A stretch of DNA of 52,113 nt from an uncultured Deinococcales bacterium (GTDB lineage Bacteria; Deinococcota; Deinococci; Deinococcales; JAAFIG01): positions 1-52,113 of the forward strand of contig CAXTKV010000009.1 in NCBI GenBank assembly GCA_964244895.1. Direction: 5' to 3'. A program made the translations under genes and the position numbers. The notes below the pieces were generated by a model, which did no database searches, was not told the origin of the DNA, and saw only the letters and a list, made by a program, of their open reading frames with translations. Positions 49,507-52,113 of this stretch are shown one piece after another. Position 1 is the first letter of the stretch; each line of letters opens with the position of its first letter.

Positions 49507-49680
49507 AAAGACCGCTCAGGACGCTATTCTCGAGCCTGCAGAAAATACCGTGTGGGACGGTGCATTGCGTAGGGGCGAACACGAGACTTGCCCCGCCCAG
49601 AACCATGCTAGAGCCTACAGACTCCTGAAACGCGTCCTGGGGCTTCCCTCTGACTGCTGACCTCTGACCCCTGACTGCCC
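49507..49680. repeat. Composite repeat patch between ftsE and ftsX
   Basis: Degenerate family A copy (49507-49562), GTAGGGGC...GCCCC REP (49569-49594) and CTGACYN heptamer run (about 49650-49678). Confidence 0.6.
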
Positions 49681-49695
49681 TTGCCGCGCCCGCCC

Positions 49696-50379
49696 TCATA
49701 TCGCGTAGCCGCCGTTCGGGTCGTCGCGCACCAGCTTGCCCTTACGGAGCGTCAGGGTGCGGCGGCGCATGCGTTCGACGATCTCGCGCGAGTGGGTGGC
49801 GACCACGATGGTCGTGCCTTTCAGGTTGACCTCGTTCAGCAACTCCATGATTTCCCAACTCACGTCCGGGTCGAGGTTGCCGGTCGGTTCGTCGGCCAGC
49901 AGCAAGGGCGGGTTGGTCACGACCGCGCGGGCGATGCTGACGCGCTGGCGTTCGCCCAGTGAAAGCTGGATCGGGTACGCGAGCTTCTTGTGGGCGAGGC
50001 CCACCAGCCGCAGCACGCGACTGATGCGCTCCTCCCATTCTTTGGGCGGGACTTCGGTGATTCGCAGCGCGAAGGCGATGTTCTCGAAGACGCTGATGTT
50101 GTCCAGCAGTTGTTGATCCTGAAAGACCATTCCGATGCGGCGGCGGTGGTACGCGATGCGGTTGCCGCGAAATTTGGCCAGCGCGTCACCGGCCACGTAG
50201 ACCTGGCCGCGCGTGGGTTTGACGCGCTTGATGATCAGATTTAAAAAGCTCGATTTGCCCGCGCCGGAATGGCCAGTCAGGTACACGAACTCGCCCTTCT
50301 TGATGGAGAGGTTGAGTTCCTCCAGGGCCAGCGTCCGTGTCACGGGATACTCGAGTGTGACGCGGTGAAACTCAATCAT
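49696..50379 (-). CDS. ftsE: Cell division ATP-binding protein FtsE
   Basis: GHSGAGKSS, RRRIGMVFQD and LLADEPTGNLDP motifs; upstream of ftsX. Confidence 0.94.
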   Translation of the reverse strand: MIEFHRVTLEYPVTRTLALEELNLSIKKGEFVYLTGHSGAGKSSFLNLIIKRVKPTRGQVYVAGDALAKFRGNRIAYHRRRIGMVFQDQQLLDNISVFENIAFALRITEVPPKEWEERISRVLRLVGLAHKKLAYPIQLSLGERQRVSIARAVVTNPPLLLADEPTGNLDPDVSWEIMELLNEVNLKGTTIVVATHSREIVERMRRRTLTLRKGKLVRDDPNGGYAI

Positions 50380-50709
50380 GATGCACGCATCTTAACGTGC
50401 AAAAAGTGAAAACCGTGCGCGAGAGTCCGTCACCGACGATAAAGCCGCGTCAATCGCACGAGGAAGACCGTCCTGCACGGTGATTGAAACTGCTCGAGCA
50501 ACGCGTCTCGGACGGTGCCGTTGACGCTACAGTCAACGCGGCCAGCGAGCGGATCGAGAAACGAACCGGCGTACCTGTTCGTGCGTATGTCCAATTAAGC
50601 GCGACGGTCTATAGCGATGCGCGCGATAAACAGAAAGAATTGTGTAAGAAACGCTGTTTTATCCTTCGCCCATGAAAGACCGCTCGAAGCACCAAAAAGG
50701 AGGCACATC

Positions 50710-50892
50710 ATGATTCCACCCCGCTGGGGACGCCGTGCCGTCCTCGAAGTGCTCGAAGCGTCCCGTCAGGCCAGACGCGAGTGGCACACCCGCATTCCGG
50801 GGTCTTCGCGCAAGCGCGCCCCGAGCGTGCAGCAGTCCAGGCATGTTCAGGTTCGCCGACCCGCGATGTTCGATTCCAACGCGGCGGACTGA
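50710..50892 (+). CDS. Possible 60-aa basic small protein
   Basis: Strong AAGGAGG RBS 6 nt upstream; MIPPRWGRRAVLEVLEASRQARREWH...; no recognised homology. Confidence 0.35.
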   Translation: MIPPRWGRRAVLEVLEASRQARREWHTRIPGSSRKRAPSVQQSRHVQVRRPAMFDSNAAD

Positions 50893-50896
50893 ACCG

Positions 50897-50956
50897 GAAG
50901 ACCGTCTCAGACGCACATCGAGTGGCATCAAGAACACCGTCCTGGACGGTGTTCTT
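50897..50956. repeat. Family A repeat: half unit plus collapsed perfect 27-bp palindrome
   Basis: AAGAACACCGTCC-T-GGACGGTGTTCTT at 50930-50956. Confidence 0.88.
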
Positions 50957-51124
50957 CTGTTGAGTCAACCCGAAGTATCCAGCGTCTGGCGCGTCCAAGA
51001 ATCGCGCGTCTCGCACGTCTGGGCAGCGTGCGAGACAGCGCGGCTGACCATCACCCGTTAGACTGGCGCTCGAGCATTTTCGCTCCGGGCTCGAGAACGC
51101 GCCCGGAGTTCACCGGAGGATTCC

Positions 51125-52113
51125 ATGAAATACGACGTGTTCGTGATCGGATCGGGGCCGGGCGGGTACCACGCCGCGATTCGCGCCTCGCAACTGGGCT
51201 TGAAGGTCGCCATCGCGGAAAAACAGTACTGGGGTGGCGTCTGCCTGAACGTCGGCTGCATGCCGACCAAAGCGCTCCTGCACGTCGGTCAGGAAGTCGC
51301 CAACATCAAGCACGGCGCGGAATTCGGGCTGTCGGTGCTGGACATGAACCTGGACTTGAAGGCCGTCAACGCGTACCGCGAGAAGATCGTCAGGAAGCTC
51401 TCCGGCGGTATCTCGAGCTTGCTGAAGGCCAACAACGTCGCCGCCCTCGACGGCGAGGCGGTGGTCACGTCGCGCAACACCGCGACCATCAAGGGCGGCA
51501 AATCCGGCGATCAGACCGTCGAATTCGACAAATTGATCATCGCCACGGGCGGCGCGCCGAACGAACTCAAGGGCTTTCCGGTGGACGGCCTGGACGTGGT
51601 GGACAGCACCTCGGGCTTGATCATTCCCGACAAGGTTCCGGGGCGCTTCTTGTGCATCGGCGGCGGCGTGATCGGCCTGGAATTCGCCACGATATACAAC
51701 CGGCTGGGTTCAAAAGTCAAAGTCGTGGAATTCCTCGAGCGCTTCGCCATGGGCGTGGACGAGGAAGTCATGAACGAGGCGCTGAAAGCCTTCAAGAAGC
51801 AGGGCATCGAATTCGCCTCCAGCATCGAAGCGACCGGTTTCGAGAAGAAAAAAGACGGCCTGCACGTGACGCTCAAGGATCGCAAGACGGGAACCACGAC
51901 CACTGAAGTCTTCGACCGCATCCTGGTCAGCACGGGCCGCCACCCGATGGGCAAGGGGTTGGGGCTCGAGGAGATCGGCGTCAAGTTCACGGATCGCGGC
52001 GCGCTCGAGGTCGACCCGCAGACCTTAGAGACGAGCATTCCCGGCGTGTACGCCATCGGGGACGTGGTTCCCGGCGCGTGGCTGGCGCACAAGGCCATGA
52101 AGGACGGCCTGGT
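51125..52113 (+). CDS. lpdA: Dihydrolipoyl dehydrogenase (partial, runs off window)
   Basis: MKYDVFVIGSGPGGYHAAIRA, GGVCLNVGCMPTK redox disulfide, IGGGVIGLE and WLAHKA motifs. Confidence 0.93.
   Translation, partial: MKYDVFVIGSGPGGYHAAIRASQLGLKVAIAEKQYWGGVCLNVGCMPTKALLHVGQEVANIKHGAEFGLSVLDMNLDLKAVNAYREKIVRKLSGGISSLLKANNVAALDGEAVVTSRNTATIKGGKSGDQTVEFDKLIIATGGAPNELKGFPVDGLDVVDSTSGLIIPDKVPGRFLCIGGGVIGLEFATIYNRLGSKVKVVEFLERFAMGVDEEVMNEALKAFKKQGIEFASSIEATGFEKKKDGLHVTLKDRKTGTTTTEVFDRILVSTGRHPMGKGLGLEEIGVKFTDRGALEVDPQTLETSIPGVYAIGDVVPGAWLAHKAMKDGL

Overview
GC-rich chromosomal segment, most likely from a Deinococcota (Deinococcales/Thermales-like) bacterium. The evidence is Thermus-type mglBA, pilC, and about 17 genes with a TANNNT -10 hexamer 6-7 nt before the start codon (leaderless signature). 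It carries housekeeping genes (corA, mglBA, tsaB, mgsA, pilC, scpB, birA, acpS, recN, ftsEX plus an EnvC-like protein, partial lpdA). It also holds an ABC importer / creatininase / two-amidohydrolase / FAD-oxidoreductase catabolic operon and an unusual potassium locus. That locus has a split KdpD, a NarL-type regulator, five chained membrane micro-ORFs including kdpF (four absent from the ORF track as separate calls), kdpABC and an internally deleted KimA-like permease. The main non-coding signals are: (1) a palindromic repeat family (GAACACCGTCC-W-GSACGCA doublets or collapsed singlets) at about 27 loci with compensatory arm changes; (2) strong over-representation of CTCGAG, often fused to those repeats; (3) GTAG-type REP clusters. 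A pair of tandem paralogues of unknown family and a low-GC patch inside the EnvC-like gene also stand out. No rRNA, tRNA, CRISPR array, transposase or integrase was recognised. All assignments come from motif recognition by eye, not database searches.
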